Positions 42,020 to 54,484 of a stretch of 64,000 nucleotides of DNA are shown here, piece by piece. Source of the stretch: Eledone cirrhosa (Eukaryota); assembly GCA_964016885.1 (NCBI GenBank), contig OZ024740.1:399218001-399282000 (forward strand), in the 5' to 3' direction. The notes beneath the pieces were generated by a model, which did not search any database, had not been told where the DNA came from, and was given only the letters and a program-made list of their open reading frames with translations. A program made the position numbers and the translations under genes. Position 1 is the first letter of the stretch, and every line of letters starts with the position of its first letter.

Positions 42020-45000
42020 CCACCACCACCAACAACAACAACAATGATTTCATTTATTGGCCACAAGGGCTGACATATAGGGGACAATACAAAAGACTGG
42101 GACAGTGGGGTTTTACAGAAAAATCGAGTAAACAATATGAATAACAATAACAAAGTAACAATAAAATTACAACAAAAAAAATTCCCCAATAAGGGGGATG
42201 ACTACCCAGGGTTCGCTCAGGTACTCCACTAATCCTGAACGACCCGACGCTTGAGAGCACCCTGGAAGTGCACCCCTCTCCTCAAATTTACCTACCTACA
42301 GCCGCATGACCAGAGTAGGCCCACTACAGCAAATGTACTGGGGGGCAGCACTTCTCTCTCCACCCTCACCTTCCTTTCCAAGTGAAACTTGAAAAAGTTG
42401 ATGAGAGATTGGCCGAAGAGAAAAGTGTCTGTCTTCAGTCCTTTCAACCTCGTCCACCATACAACTTCTTTCGCTACTGCCACCAGATATAGGAAAATTG
42501 CCTGCCCTTCCTGGCCAAAAGAAGGCGGCGGGTCGATCTTCATTATGGACTCGGCCGATAGCCGGATCCGTTCTACACGCGACAACAGCTGTTCAACATA
42601 ACTCCACAAGTCAGTAATGCACGGACACTGGACGAGTGCGTGCAGAACGGTTTCGTTGCTCTGCGCGCATCTCGGGCAGGTCCGTCTGACAGCACTTCCG
42701 TGCCTGTAGAGTTTATCTCGAACCGGCAGTGCCCCCGGTAGCACTGCCAAGCGAGGGATTTTTGGAAATTATCCATCGCCCCCGGCTCGAAAGTCCTCCG
42801 GTACAGACTGGTTAGTTCGACTTCGTTGACTCCCAGAGCCTCTCCGAGTGCGTCGTTGCTCTTGCCCACCACTAATCCTCTATAGAACTCGAGAGTGGAA
42901 GTTCCACTGACCGCCATGCCCGCCTGGTAGAGGGCAGTGAGTGCCTGGCAACATTCCAGATGCCAGTCACCCAGTCTCGGTCTTTTCTTGACCCAGGACT
43001 GCAACTCAGTCAAAGAAACGAGCTGCGGAAAGGCCCGTCTGACAAACGGCGACCACACCTGTTCACCGTTTAAGCAGAATATCTGGAGATGCCGCAGCCT
43101 CAGCGCGTGCCTGCGCATCATTAGCCACGGCATGCCCAGCCCTCCACGTAGAGGGTGCTGGCAGCAGATGGACCGCCTCACCAGCGGAACCTGACCCCTC
43201 CACAAGAATTTGAAGAGGAGCCGCTCCAAGATGGCGAGGTGCGAACGGGGGCAAGGGACGACGGTCAGACGGTAGTAGATGACGGACGCGATGTACGCGT
43301 TCGCCACCTCCGCCCGACCTTTCAGTGATAGCTTCATCCCAGCCCATTTCTGGGTGAGACTGGCTACCCTGCCCGTCACCTCGTCCCAATTCTTATCCAC
43401 CTGGAGGTCTGGCCCGAACCAAACCCCTAGCAACTTTACCGGTCCGTCCGTCCAGCGCCTAACGACCCTGTTGGACGGCATGGACTTGCCTCTCCAGGTG
43501 CCGAGTTGCAAGCCCACTGATTTTTCAGGGTTAAGTTTTGCTCCCGTCAACCTTTCACATTCCTCCAATAAGTTGCCGACCACCTCGATTTCTGAGGTGT
43601 CCGACACCATCACGGTGATGTCGTCCGCATAAGCCGACACAGCCTTTCTGCGTCCCGGTTCGAGCGGGATGCCCTGCAACAGCTCCAGCTTCCGCAGTAA
43701 AGGCTCGAAAGTCAATACGTACAGAAGGGAGGAGAGAGGGCACCCTTGACGGACCGATCGGGAGACCTGAAACGGTTCCGCAAGGTGGCCATTAATTTTG
43801 ACCATCGAGCAGGTGCCGCTGTGCATTGCAGCGATCCAGCTTCTGAAGACGGGGCCGAAGCCAGCCGCATTGAGGACAGCCTCCAGGTACCGATGGTTGA
43901 CCCTATCGAATGCTTTCGATTGATCTAAATTGATCAGAGCCCCACCGAAGCCAGGTTTACACCCTACCCTCTCTATGATGTATCGCATTAGGTGGAGGTT
44001 GTCGTGTATGGACCTGGTTGGAATTGCGCAAGTTTGCGCCTCCCCGACGACAAGCGCCAACCTCTTCGCTAACACCCTGGCCAAAATCTTAAACTCTGTG
44101 TTGAGCAGAGTTATGGGCCTGAAATTGTCTAATGTGTCCCTCTTGTTCTCGTCTTTCCTTATCAGTGTCACTACGCCCCGGCTCACAGAACTGGCAATAC
44201 TCCCATTTTGCTGCCAGTTGCAGTAGAGGGCTTCGAGGAGATTGGAGAACAAGTCATCTGGCATATTTACGTAAAGCTCGTAGGGCAGACCATCCAAACC
44301 GGGTGACTTGTGCCTCATGCACCCAACAAGGGCATCCTGAATCTCGGCTGAAGTAATTGGCCTTTCGCAGCGCCCAGCGTCAGCCGTCGAGAGTTGCGGC
44401 AAGCCATCGAGGTAGGGACTGAAGTCCGCCACCATCTCTGACCCGCCACTTCCCCCGAACAACCGAGCAAAATGTTGGCAAAAGGCATCACACATCCTCT
44501 TGGAATCGCTCAGCTTGTGCCCGTCTCGGTCCGTCAAAGACCGAATCGTGGTTTTATTACCACGCTGCGCCTCTGCCACGCGGGCCCATCGAACAGCTTT
44601 GGTTCCCTCGTTTCTCAGAGCACGCGCCTTAGCTCTGACAATGCAACCTTCGTGTTTCACATTGAAGAAATGGTCTAATGCCATTCTCGCCGCTAGCACG
44701 TCAGCTGCAATGCCACTACCAATAGCCTCGTCTAACTTATCTACCAACTCCCCCTCCTTTTTATTTTTCTCTAACGCTACTTCTATGCTAAACTTTATCG
44801 ACATTACTCTAATCTCTCTTTTGAGAGCCCCCCCACCATCTATTGTTGACGACTCCCCCTGTCAACTTTTTCTTAACTAAATTGTTGACCTGGTCCCTAT
44901 AAGCCTTACGTGCCGGAAATGACATGTTTAGCTTCCAGTAACCAGGTCCTAACCTACGCGTCTTATCTAGGTCGGCCATACAGATCACAAACTTGTGATC

Positions 45001-47898
45001 TGAATAGGCGACCGTTTCAAAACGTGGACAGCTTACACTATTTCTGTCTATTTTCCTAATGAATATCCTGTCTATATACGATCTAGATGACCCTATGCGG
45101 TTAGCCCTGGTCCACACTGGCGCATTAGGGAAATCTAGTCGGTACCTGTCAGACAGTTGGAACTGGCTGATCAGGTTCTTGAGGCTTTTGTACCCCGCTC
45201 CTATCGGATACTCCCACACAGTCCCAGCGTGCGTCTAAGATGCCGTTCCAGTCCCCCGCTAACAGTAAAGGGCGAGACGTACCCATAAAGGCTTCCAGGC
45301 ATCTAAAGAAGTCCGGCCGTCCTGCCCCAGTAGGAGCATAGACGGCCACCAGTCTAAAGGCACCACCTTCGTTATTGTTCACGTCCAGGACCACCAACTT
45401 CCCGTCCGGGTCCCGGAAGATCGACCTTACCTCGAAATTCAGGCCTTTCCTAAACAACACTGCCACCCCGCCCCCCATTCCTGGCTGGCTAACAGATGCA
45501 AAGATCTGATAGTCATCGAAAATGGGGGCTAGTGCGAGCGTGTCGGAAATCCTGGTCTCGCTGACGACAATTACATCTATTTCTATAGACCTGAGGTCGT
45601 TGAGCAGGTGACCCTGCTTCCAGGACGATCCCAGGCCTCGAACATTTAAACATCCTACTCTTAATACGGCCATGTTGGCAGGTTAAACAGAGAGAGAGGA
45701 AAGGTTTACTTACCTTCCGGGCTCTTGTGAAGGTCGGGTTGTTCGACCTCCATAGTTGGTGGGGTTTCTTTTGGGAACCCCTTCAAAAGTCTTGAAGTGG
45801 GTTTTACGTTCGGGGTTCCCACGTCCCGAGGAAAGCTGTCTCGTATTTCTTTGTATAAATCGAGCAACATTCACACCAGAACCAAATCTTCCGGCACGCG
45901 AAATGTGCCCGATTAAAAAATTTCCCCCTCTTTTTGTATATTTTCACTTCGTGCTACGAGGGCCATCAGTTCCTTGTTGGCCCTCCTGACGAGCACAAAG
46001 TTTTGTATGTTTTGTTGTTGTGATTTTATTTGTTTGCGTGGCTGTGGTGGTGATGGTTTTTGGTGGTGTTGTTTCGGTTGTATCCGTGTTTGTTGTGAGA
46101 GCGGTGTCTGTGGTTTCAGATGTTTGTGTGTATATTTGTTCTTGCATCTGTTTCGGTTGTTTGCGTTTGGGGGATTCTGGTGATGGTGATGGTGGTGTTG
46201 ATGTTGGTGTTGGTGTTGGTGTTATTGGAGAGATGTTTGCGTGGGTGGTGTCTGAGTTTTTTTATTGTGGGTGATTTTGTGCCTTGTTGAGTTTTTTTTT
46301 TCTTTTTGTGTTTCCTTTTTTGTATTTTGGGGGATTTTGGTTTTCCCTCATCTTCACTACTGGTAGATGAGGGGTCTGTGTCTGTAAGTGTGTTTGTATG
46401 TATGTTTATGGTTTTATTGGTGTGTGTATTTTTTGGGGGAGGCGGAATTTGACAGCTTTCCTCGTTTCCCCCCTGGGTGGTCAATGTTGGTGGTGGTCTT
46501 TCTATTGGTGTTGTTGTTGGTGGTTTTGCCGGTGCTGGTGTTGATTGTGGTCCTCGCCCCGGCGTCGGCAGCAGTGGAGCCTTTCGACCCCTTGCCTCTT
46601 TCAGCAGTTGAGGGCAGAAGGCTCGCAAATGGGTTTTTTCCCCACAAACAAAACACTGCGGCCTTTTTCCTTCGGTCATAATGTGAATGACCGTCCCATT
46701 CTGAAGGCAGATGTGGTACGGGATTGTCTTCACATTCTCGGGCCTGATCTGGAGAAGGATCTCCAGGTCAACCCCGGACCAGTCCTCTCTGGCCGTTCTA
46801 GTCACTTCTATAGGGACGGTATCCGTTCCCTCCACAATCACACATCCCAGAAGCCACCACATGTCAAGTCCTGATGGGATTCTGGGAATGCGGAGACGGG
46901 CCGTTCTTTTTTCCATGTGGGAGGGGTACATTATGACCTTGCTGGTTTTGCAAGGAGTCATAGCGTGTTTCATAGCGAGGGCTTCTGACTTGAACAACAC
47001 CGAAATGGTGCCGTACTGTCTGCCCCTCTCTATGTACTGGGTGTCTTCTCTGATGCACCTCAGCGCGACTTCGACATCTTCTTGTGGGATTAAAGCTGCC
47101 CTTTTGGTTTCTGCTGAGATGCATCTATAATGCACCGTTCTGCGCTCCACTGCCTCAATAGCTTCTACCGGGACAGTTAAGTTGGCTCAGGTTTGCTCTC
47201 GCTTGATGAGCTTCCATGCCTGGGCCAACTTTTCATCTTTGTTTGAGAGGTCCATGTTGAAGCATGGCCTCTCTTTTGCTGCTGCCGCAGCGAAAGTGGT
47301 CTTGTTTTCGTTGGGGGTGTTGTCGTTGTTCTTGTTGGTGTTGTTAGCAATGTCGCTGTTATCATTGTTGTCTTTGTTGCCACCGTTGTTCTCGGTGCAG
47401 TTGGTATTGTTGCTGTTGCTGTTGGTGTTGTCGCTATTTATTTTCATGTTAGTGGTGTTGATATTGTTGTTGTATTTGTTATTTTTTTTTTGTTATCTGT
47501 ATTTTCGTTGTCGCTGTTGCTGTCATTTTTTTCAAAATTAGTGTTCTTATTGGTATCATTGGTGTCTTTGTTTACCTTGTTTGTGGTGGTGTTTGTGTTA
47601 TCAATGTGTGTTAATTTCGCTGTAGCTCTCCTCTCAACTTCTACGTCGTTGTCGCACGACAGCCGACATATCGCTGGGGGACGTGGCTCAGCCATGTTTT
47701 TTTTTTTCGTAAATTTTTTAACATGTAAAAAAAGTTAAAATATTTGGGCCAAAAGGCCCAAATATTATACTTTCCCCTTCACGGGGCAAAGTCTAAGGGC
47801 TTATATCCCTTACACAACAAGAAATATTTAACAACAAATAATTTTAACAGGCAAATAAAGCGACTTACTATGAGCGAGCAAAATACGTCCGCTTAGAC
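42020..47898 (-). mobile_element. Full-length L1/Tx1-clade LINE, frameshifted
   Basis: ORF1 with CCHC knuckle CFVCGEKTHLRAFC; ORF2 with APE (CLNVRGL, AGDWN, YSDH), RT (KSPGLDG, RQGCPLS, YADD) and C-terminal CPRC...H...C; AATAAA and (TTG)n tail. Confidence 0.93.
42573..44804 (-). CDS. L1/Tx1 ORF2 reverse transcriptase portion (743-aa open segment)
   Basis: FRPITLLN, DQSKAFD, RQGCPLS, YADD motifs. Confidence 0.88.
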   Translation of the reverse strand: MSIKFSIEVALEKNKKEGELVDKLDEAIGSGIAADVLAARMALDHFFNVKHEGCIVRAKARALRNEGTKAVRWARVAEAQRGNKTTIRSLTDRDGHKLSDSKRMCDAFCQHFARLFGGSGGSEMVADFSPYLDGLPQLSTADAGRCERPITSAEIQDALVGCMRHKSPGLDGLPYELYVNMPDDLFSNLLEALYCNWQQNGSIASSVSRGVVTLIRKDENKRDTLDNFRPITLLNTEFKILARVLAKRLALVVGEAQTCAIPTRSIHDNLHLMRYIIERVGCKPGFGGALINLDQSKAFDRVNHRYLEAVLNAAGFGPVFRSWIAAMHSGTCSMVKINGHLAEPFQVSRSVRQGCPLSSLLYVLTFEPLLRKLELLQGIPLEPGRRKAVSAYADDITVMVSDTSEIEVVGNLLEECERLTGAKLNPEKSVGLQLGTWRGKSMPSNRVVRRWTDGPVKLLGVWFGPDLQVDKNWDEVTGRVASLTQKWAGMKLSLKGRAEVANAYIASVIYYRLTVVPCPRSHLAILERLLFKFLWRGQVPLVRRSICCQHPLRGGLGMPWLMMRRHALRLRHLQIFCLNGEQVWSPFVRRAFPQLVSLTELQSWVKKRPRLGDWHLECCQALTALYQAGMAVSGTSTLEFYRGLVVGKSNDALGEALGVNEVELTSLYRRTFEPGAMDNFQKSLAWQCYRGHCRFEINSTGTEVLSDGPARDARRATKPFCTHSSSVRALLTCGVMLNSCCRV

Positions 47899-47899
47899 C

Positions 47900-48487
47900 A
47901 ATAATAATAATAATAATAATGATTTCATTTATTGGCCACAAGGGCCGACATATAGGGGACAATACAAAAGAGTGGGACAGTGGGTTTTTACATACAAATC
48001 GAACAAAGAAATAGGAAAATAATTGTTTCTACTTTAGGCACAAGGCCAGCAATTACCTAGTGCATTACTGGTACTTTATTTTTTCGACCCCGTAAGGATG
48101 AAAGGCAAATCAACCTCGTGGGATTTGAACTCAGATCGTAAAGGGACGTAACTATGCTGGAAAGCATGGCGTCCGACCCTCTACCGATACTGCTAATCCA
48201 TCGCCTTAATAGAAATAGGAAAATAATAACAATAAACAAGAAAATTACAAACAACAGAGTTCCTCAATAGGGGGGGGGGGGATAACCACCCAGGGTTGAC
48301 TCAGGTACCTCACCGATCCTGAATCACCCGACGCTTCGAGGGAACCCGGGAAGAGCACCCCTCTCCTCCTCGAATTCACTAGCCTACACATGCATGGTCA
48401 GTGTAGGCCCACTCACACGAGCCATTCTCTCCACATTCACCCACCTTTTAGCAAATGTACTAGGGGGGAAGCACTTCTCTGTCCACA
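47900..48487 (-). mobile_element. 3' end of another copy of the same Tx1 family
   Basis: Matches 42045-42375; (TTA)n tail directly abuts the 5' end of the full element. Confidence 0.88.
48024..48210 (-). mobile_element. tRNA-derived SINE with a 17-bp TSD
   Basis: B box GAGTTCAAATCC; TSD AGAAATAGGAAAATAAT at 48007-48023 and 48211-48227; close copies at 56343-56527 and 48490-48650. Confidence 0.85.
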
Positions 48488-48649
48488 CTGGTTCCTGATT
48501 TAGGAACAAGGCCAATCATTTGAAGGGAAAGGAAAAGTCAATTAAATCGACCTCAGTACGTTACAGGTACTTCTATTTTTATAGACCCGGGAAGAATGAA
48601 AAGTTGATCTCGACGGGATTTGAACTCGGAACATAGAGTCAGCCGCTGC

Positions 48650-48680
48650 CGCTACTGCTACCACTACTACCATTACCACT

Positions 48681-48740
<60 letters not shown>

Positions 48741-48742
48741 GT

Positions 48743-48823
<81 letters not shown>
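48650..48823. repeat. (TAC)n microsatellite
   Basis: Seen directly; ~100 nt from the TLR donor site. Confidence 0.97.
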
Positions 48824-48926
48824 AGAAGTAATATTTGCAAAAGCGTTTTATCAGAAAAAATACGTTAAAAACTAAATTTAATACATATTCCTAATATGGC
48901 AAAGGACAAAGAACATGAACATTTAC

Positions 48927-51176
48927 CTGCTTAATAAAATAAGGACTTTTCGGCTGGATTGGATAGCAGACATTATATTTTCAGCAATCTGTCTACCTGC
49001 AGGAAAGTCTCGATGATGGATGTTCAATTTAAACGTATCCCTTTCTTCCAGTTGTGGAATTAGATCTTCACAAACAATTTCTCGATCTTCTTCAGCGTAT
49101 GATACAAAACAGTCATAAAGATATTCCTGCCTTTGTATTCTTTGATATGAATATCTTTCTCGGATCATATAATACAAATATCGCAGTTTCCATCTAAAAT
49201 GGTAAACAAGGGCTCCGACAGAAAAACAAAACAATAGCCCAATAAGACATATTGCAGAAATAATTATGCCTATTAAAGATGAACAGCTGTGGCTGAGATA
49301 GGTTATAATCACGGGAAGCCGATTGTCTGTCAATCGCCACACTGTTCCATTCGGATGAGTACATTTTGTGTACATTACCTTCAATCTAGCTGAACGACGC
49401 ACTTTGTAGAGCCATGTGAGAAATTTAATTTGGTCACAGTCACATTTTAAACTATTGCTTTGCACGTTGACAGTGAGGTTATGGTTTTCAGATATCTTTT
49501 CAATAGCATTAAAAGTGTTTACTGACAGATCGTGTATAAGGTTTCCGGATAAATCAAGATATGATAAATTTAACATATGACTAATCTTTACATCAAAGGT
49601 TCTCAATAAATTATTGTGTAAATTCAAGATTCTAAGATTTCTCAGATATAATAAACTATTGTTTGACAAATATTCAATGTGATTGTTTGAAAGATGGAAT
49701 TCCTCGAGATTTGTTAAGTTAAGAAAAACTTTACTGAAGCCACCTTTGGCAACTTTCCTTGAAAGACCTAAGGAGTTACTTTCTAAATTTAGAACTCGTA
49801 GCCCAGAGAAAAATGTGAAGAATTCGTTACTGATGTTATTGCATTGGTTATGACTTAAATCTAGAATCCGCAATTGTTCTAATCCCCGGAGTGGACCACG
49901 CCAAGGACAAAATAAGTTGTTCGATGCATTAATTAATTGTAATGAGCTTGCATCTTTTATATGGAATGGTGGTATTGGAAATTTATATTGACAGCCTTGT
50001 AATAATAGTGTTTGAAGAGATTTAGGAATTGTAAAACTGTAAGTTATATTTCTATTGAATAATTTATTACGAAATAGTGGTAGGATTGTTTCTGATAATG
50101 TCATACTAATGTCAATTAGTTTAATGCGAGATAAACTCTTGATTTGAGAGATATATTCTCCGTATGTTAATATGTTATTCTTCAAATGCATATATTCCAG
50201 CGTTTTTGGCAAGAAAGGAAGAAAACCGGTTTCTATATATTCTAGTCTGTTAGAGTTAAACTCAAATATTTTTAGTGATGTATAGTTTAAGTAAAATGCT
50301 CCTCTTGCAAACAATGCCATTCCATGTTTATTCGGGCCTCTTAATTTATTGAGGATAAGACATTCAAGATGCTTAGTGTATTGAAAGTTTGAAAAGAAAT
50401 TAAGTAATGTCCCTGTAAAATCATTATGCGAAATATCTAAAAACTTTAGATTAGTTAAATACTTAAATGAAGAACTAGCGATACTACGTATTCGGCAATT
50501 ACTTATATTCAAATAGACAAGGTGACGTAGATTCCAAAAGGTACGTGCTAATAATGAAAACATATTTGAATGATTCCTTTCTGAGCCAAAGTTAACATAC
50601 GTTAATTTTGACAAATTCTTATATCCGCTTCCAAATCTGGAGTGTCTATTACCTGTCATGTATAAACGTTCCAGCGCAGTTAAATGAGATATTGAATCGT
50701 CGAGATAATTTGTATACCCACTTATTATGCTACCTCGTAATTTCAGAATTTTTACCCGAGTTAAATTTCGAAAGAGTTTTACAGGAAATGATTGAGTATT
50801 GATAGTTAGTCGATTATACTCCAATGAAAGTTCTCTCAGCGACCACAAACCTTGAAAGGTGTCTGGCAGTAACATCCAAAGTAGATTATCGTCAAATTTA
50901 AGCACCTCTAATAATTTTAAATGCCTCAAACTATTATTAAGTGGAATATGTGTAATGAGATTTCGACTTAAATCTAATAATGTGGTATTTTCTGGAAAAT
51001 AATCGGGTATTTTATTTAGATTTTGGTCAGTACAAACTACCGAACAATGATTTAGTTCCATATCAGTACAGCTGCAAACACCAGGACAGTCTATTTGACA
51101 ATTTGCAGTCACTGTAATGAAGTAACCAAATACGATAGTGTATATGCTGGTCATCGTTATGCACATATATTTCTGG
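48927..51176 (-). CDS. Toll-like receptor main exon (signal peptide, LRRNT, LRRs, LRRCT, TM, TIR N-half)
   Basis: CPGVCSC, repeated LxxLxLxxN, NSLKCDC, TM LIGIIISAICLIGLLFCFSVGALVY, YDCFVSY, HHRDFPAG; acceptor TTTCTTTCATTCTAG ending 51177, donor AG|GTAAAT; 824 aa from ATG 51166 after splicing. Confidence 0.95.
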
Positions 51177-51871
51177 CTAGAATGAAAGAAATATAAATGT
51201 TTTAGTTAATATCTCCGATAGAATCATATTATAGATTTTAAGATTTTAAGTGAAACAAACTAATGCTTTCAAATATAAATAGTACAGTATATAAATATAT
51301 AAACAAATAAATATAAAACAAAGCTAAATGAAATGACATTCGACAGTGTAAAGATTTTAAAGCATGTATTAATGTATGTATGTGGGTATGCATGTATGTA
51401 GCACCCAACGGTAACAGAAAGAATCAGTCTATGGAAAGTTGTTATGCCCCCACCCAAACTACATGATCACAGCCCCAGAGGATATCAAGGGAGATGAGCT
51501 GGGCTCGTTACTACGGGTGACCAACTCCACCATGATTGTAGTAAACGTTAGGTGATGTTTCGAGTAGACTTGTCTAGCTGAGTTAACCGTGACAGTATGG
51601 AGTTCAGCCAGGTACCACTATCAGGTTAGGAAGTTAAGTGAAATATGCTAGATGGTGCTGGTTAAGCAAGTATAGGAGGTTGTCTGAAGCCTTGTTGTAC
51701 TGGATTATGTCTCATTTTCGTTGGGGAGATAAGACGTCCACAAAATGGAAGCCAAGTGGGGTCACATAAGTTGACTCGAGTTCCCTGATCGTAATAGGTG
51801 TTGTGGAGAACATTGTCGATAATTACAAGACGGGGTGAGCGACAAAAGAATACTAATGAAACTGGAGACTG

Positions 51872-51975
51872 GAGAACTCAGCTACGTAGATAAGAAATCA
51901 AATCACCTAAAACAATACTTAACTCAATAGTTAAAGGTATATCTAACAGAATTGGCAGTTTATCTTATAATGTTT
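51872..51975 (+). mobile_element. Tiny Penelope-like fragment
   Basis: LSYVDKKSNH / SIVKGISNRIGSLS resembles [11 protein letters not shown]...[12 protein letters not shown]. Confidence 0.55.
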
Positions 51976-52170
51976 ATACGAAAGTATCTTTAATAAAAAT
52001 GTGCCATATTACAACGAAACTTTATCTCGCTTAGGCAACACTGATATAATTGGATATGTAGATGGTAGTATAAAGGAAATAGACTAAATAATATATCATA
52101 TAATACAGCAATGAATAAATCTAAATTAAAACATTATAATAATAAACTACATAACCTTACAATAGATATG

Positions 52171-52545
52171 TAATGAGTTTGTGTGCGTTTTCATGATATG
52201 TCATTTTTTAAATGTCAGAATCAAAGCTGCTAGCCTATCCCAGCACTGATACATAAATCATGTTCTATTTGACTATAATTATTACAACATTGTATTATTG
52301 AAATTATTAAACTATTATACTATTATATACACACTATAGAGAGAAAGAGAGAGAGATGAGAGAGAGTGAGAAAGAATTAATTCCACAACAATTACCAAAC
52401 CATACAAGTGTTTCACCTAAATAGGATTTTCAACTCACATCTTTCCAAGTATTCTGTAATTGTGGAATTAACTCTACACCGAACTCCTCCTTTGGACTGA
52501 GTGCTCTATCAATTTTGGAGATAAACTTTCTGATTTTTCACTACG

Positions 52546-52638
<93 letters not shown>

Positions 52639-52920
52639 AAGAGAGAGAGAGAGATGAGAGAGAGAAAGACAGAGAGAGTAGTTTAGTTATTGCAAAACAT
52701 TGTGAGATTTGTAGTAAAAATCCGATAGTTTTTTACTTAAAGCCGAGGAGAACAAAACAAAGTAATGTTTTACCCAGTATATTTTACCATGATATTTCAG
52801 GGGTAATATCCTCTTTGTAGATGCGAAGCTGTAACAGTCTACGTCATGACAAACGAACCGTCAGTTTTCTATCCTAAGAATACGTGGGGTCACTACACTT
52901 ACCATTCGGCCTCATGCATT
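52171..52920. repeat. Left arm of a ~750-bp inverted duplication (partner 62384-63132)
   Basis: Near-identical reverse complement, apart from microsatellite lengths, a 46-bp indel and a few substitutions. Confidence 0.95.
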
Positions 52921-53094
52921 GATGCCATAGACTAATTAACAAAAATACAATGAAACTCTGTTTCTCAATCACAACTAATATAGCTGTACAATTGGCTTTT
53001 AGTCTCAATAGGACATTAAAAAAAACAACACCAAATCATTAAAAAGGAATAATAAGACACAGCTATTGAATACACACAACCAAAATATACCCCT

Positions 53095-53340
53095 ATGTTC
53101 TCTTTAGGCAAGTTGGTGAAGTATTTATATGTTTTTCCCATCTTGACGTTTTCATCGGTATTCACGTATCATTTCTCCTATTCTACGGGCTGTTGCACCT
53201 ATGTTGTATTTTTATTCCTACACTGTCCCTCAGTACATCGTATGCTATATACTACGTTTCTAGTTTTGCAGTTAGTTTGTGGGCTTAACTTGCAGACTAT
53301 GCATTTCCTATCAGTGCAGGGGGTTCTTTGAAATAGAACA
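53095..53340 (-). mobile_element. GIY-YIG endonuclease remnant of a different Penelope-like clade
   Basis: PCTDRKCIVCKL..NCKTRNVVYSIRC....C. Confidence 0.7.
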
Positions 53341-53624
53341 TAAGGGCACGTTAGAGAACGTAGTGATAAATTTATTTTCACACACAGAAAAGGCGCAAGG
53401 CTCAGACAACTTACTGAGGCGAGAAACATAAACGAACTCCAACCAAAATGAAACAGAAAATATGAGTGGAATAGCAACATAGTAATTAAGGACAAAATAA
53501 AAACATTCAGAGATACACAAAAAACCAAACTAATAAAACAAACCAGACACACACAGATAGAACAAACAATTAGTGACAATTCTTAAAAAAAAAGAAGAGT
53601 TTTATAATATATATAAAATATATA

Positions 53625-53673
53625 AACTATAACAGGTTTCGATGTATCAGTCTCAGCCATCTTATCAAATGTT
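53625..53673 (-). ncRNA. Candidate hammerhead, U3-A8 core variant
   Basis: aacat-TTGATAA-gatg...catc-GAAA-cctg-TT-atagtt; stem I is weak (bulged). Confidence 0.5.
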
Positions 53674-53788
53674 GAATATTACAATTAAAAGGAATTAAAA
53701 CGTAAAAATGTAAAATTAAGTGTTGAAGAGGACTGTACATCTTTCTTGTTGAGAAAACTCAGTCTAAAATGAAATCTTATATGTATGC

Positions 53789-53824
<36 letters not shown>

Positions 53825-53834
<10 letters not shown>

Positions 53835-54420
53835 CGTAAAATAAGAAAATCTTTTCTAAAAAAATTTAAAAAAAATTTTTTTTACTTACTTACTTAAATT
53901 TTCACTCCAACTAATTAGTTTCTGCAATGGGATAAAGACAGTTACGCAATCTAACTGTCGAGAATTCATTGCGTCATCAGGGAGTCTATTCTCAGCTAAG
54001 TCTCCAGGCAATGCGCGGACACTGGCGGCTCATATAAAAATAATAATAATTCGGTAGATAGAACAGCTGGCGAGGACTGAATTCTATGTACTGAAATTCT
54101 CACTGCTTCTAGTCAAATGGCCGATTCTAAAGAATCAATCACGTGACACAGAGGCTAGTCAGAAGGAATGGGATGGTAAGATGACTGACGCCTACTAACA
54201 CCCCCCAAAAATTTTTTTTAGAAGTGGTTTTGGCAGGTTTGCTCGACAAATCAGTGATTTGGAGATAAATATAGATAATTTAATATATCAACTAGCATAA
54301 GCGCACAGATGCACGCCCATGCCAGCAAATACACAGGTTATGTCATAGTACCTAGGTGGTTCAATGCAGGAGGATGCAGAACAATAATATAAAAGACGTA
54401 AAATAAGAAAATCTTTTCTA
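53825..54420 (-). mobile_element. ORF-less hammerhead-bearing unit with a 34-bp terminal direct repeat (retrozyme-like or solo pLTR)
   Basis: ATATAAAAGACGTAAAATAAGAAAATCTTTTCTA at 53825-53858 and 54387-54420 (period 562); flanked by (TA)n. Confidence 0.7.
53904..53985 (-). ncRNA. Type I hammerhead ribozyme with extended stem II
   Basis: actcc-CTGATGA-cgcaatg..gacagtta..taactgtc..cattgca-GAAA-ctaattag-TT-ggagt; palindromic stem III, GUU triplet. Confidence 0.88.
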
Positions 54421-54484
54421 TATATATATATATATATCACAGAAAAAAAAGAGAATCAATGTTGCGACGAATGCAATTTATTGA

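Noticed and set aside
48620-48868. Poly-Tyr / poly-Val ORFs
   Set aside because: Translations of the (TAC)n microsatellite.
52155-52194. ATG exon with GTAAGG donor as TLR coding exon 1
   Set aside because: Phase 1 is out of frame with the main exon and reaches TAA after a few codons; at most a UTR or uORF exon.
52420-52540. NF-kB-like sites (GGATTTTCA, GGAATTAAC) near the TLR
   Set aside because: Imperfect short matches expected by chance in AT-rich DNA.
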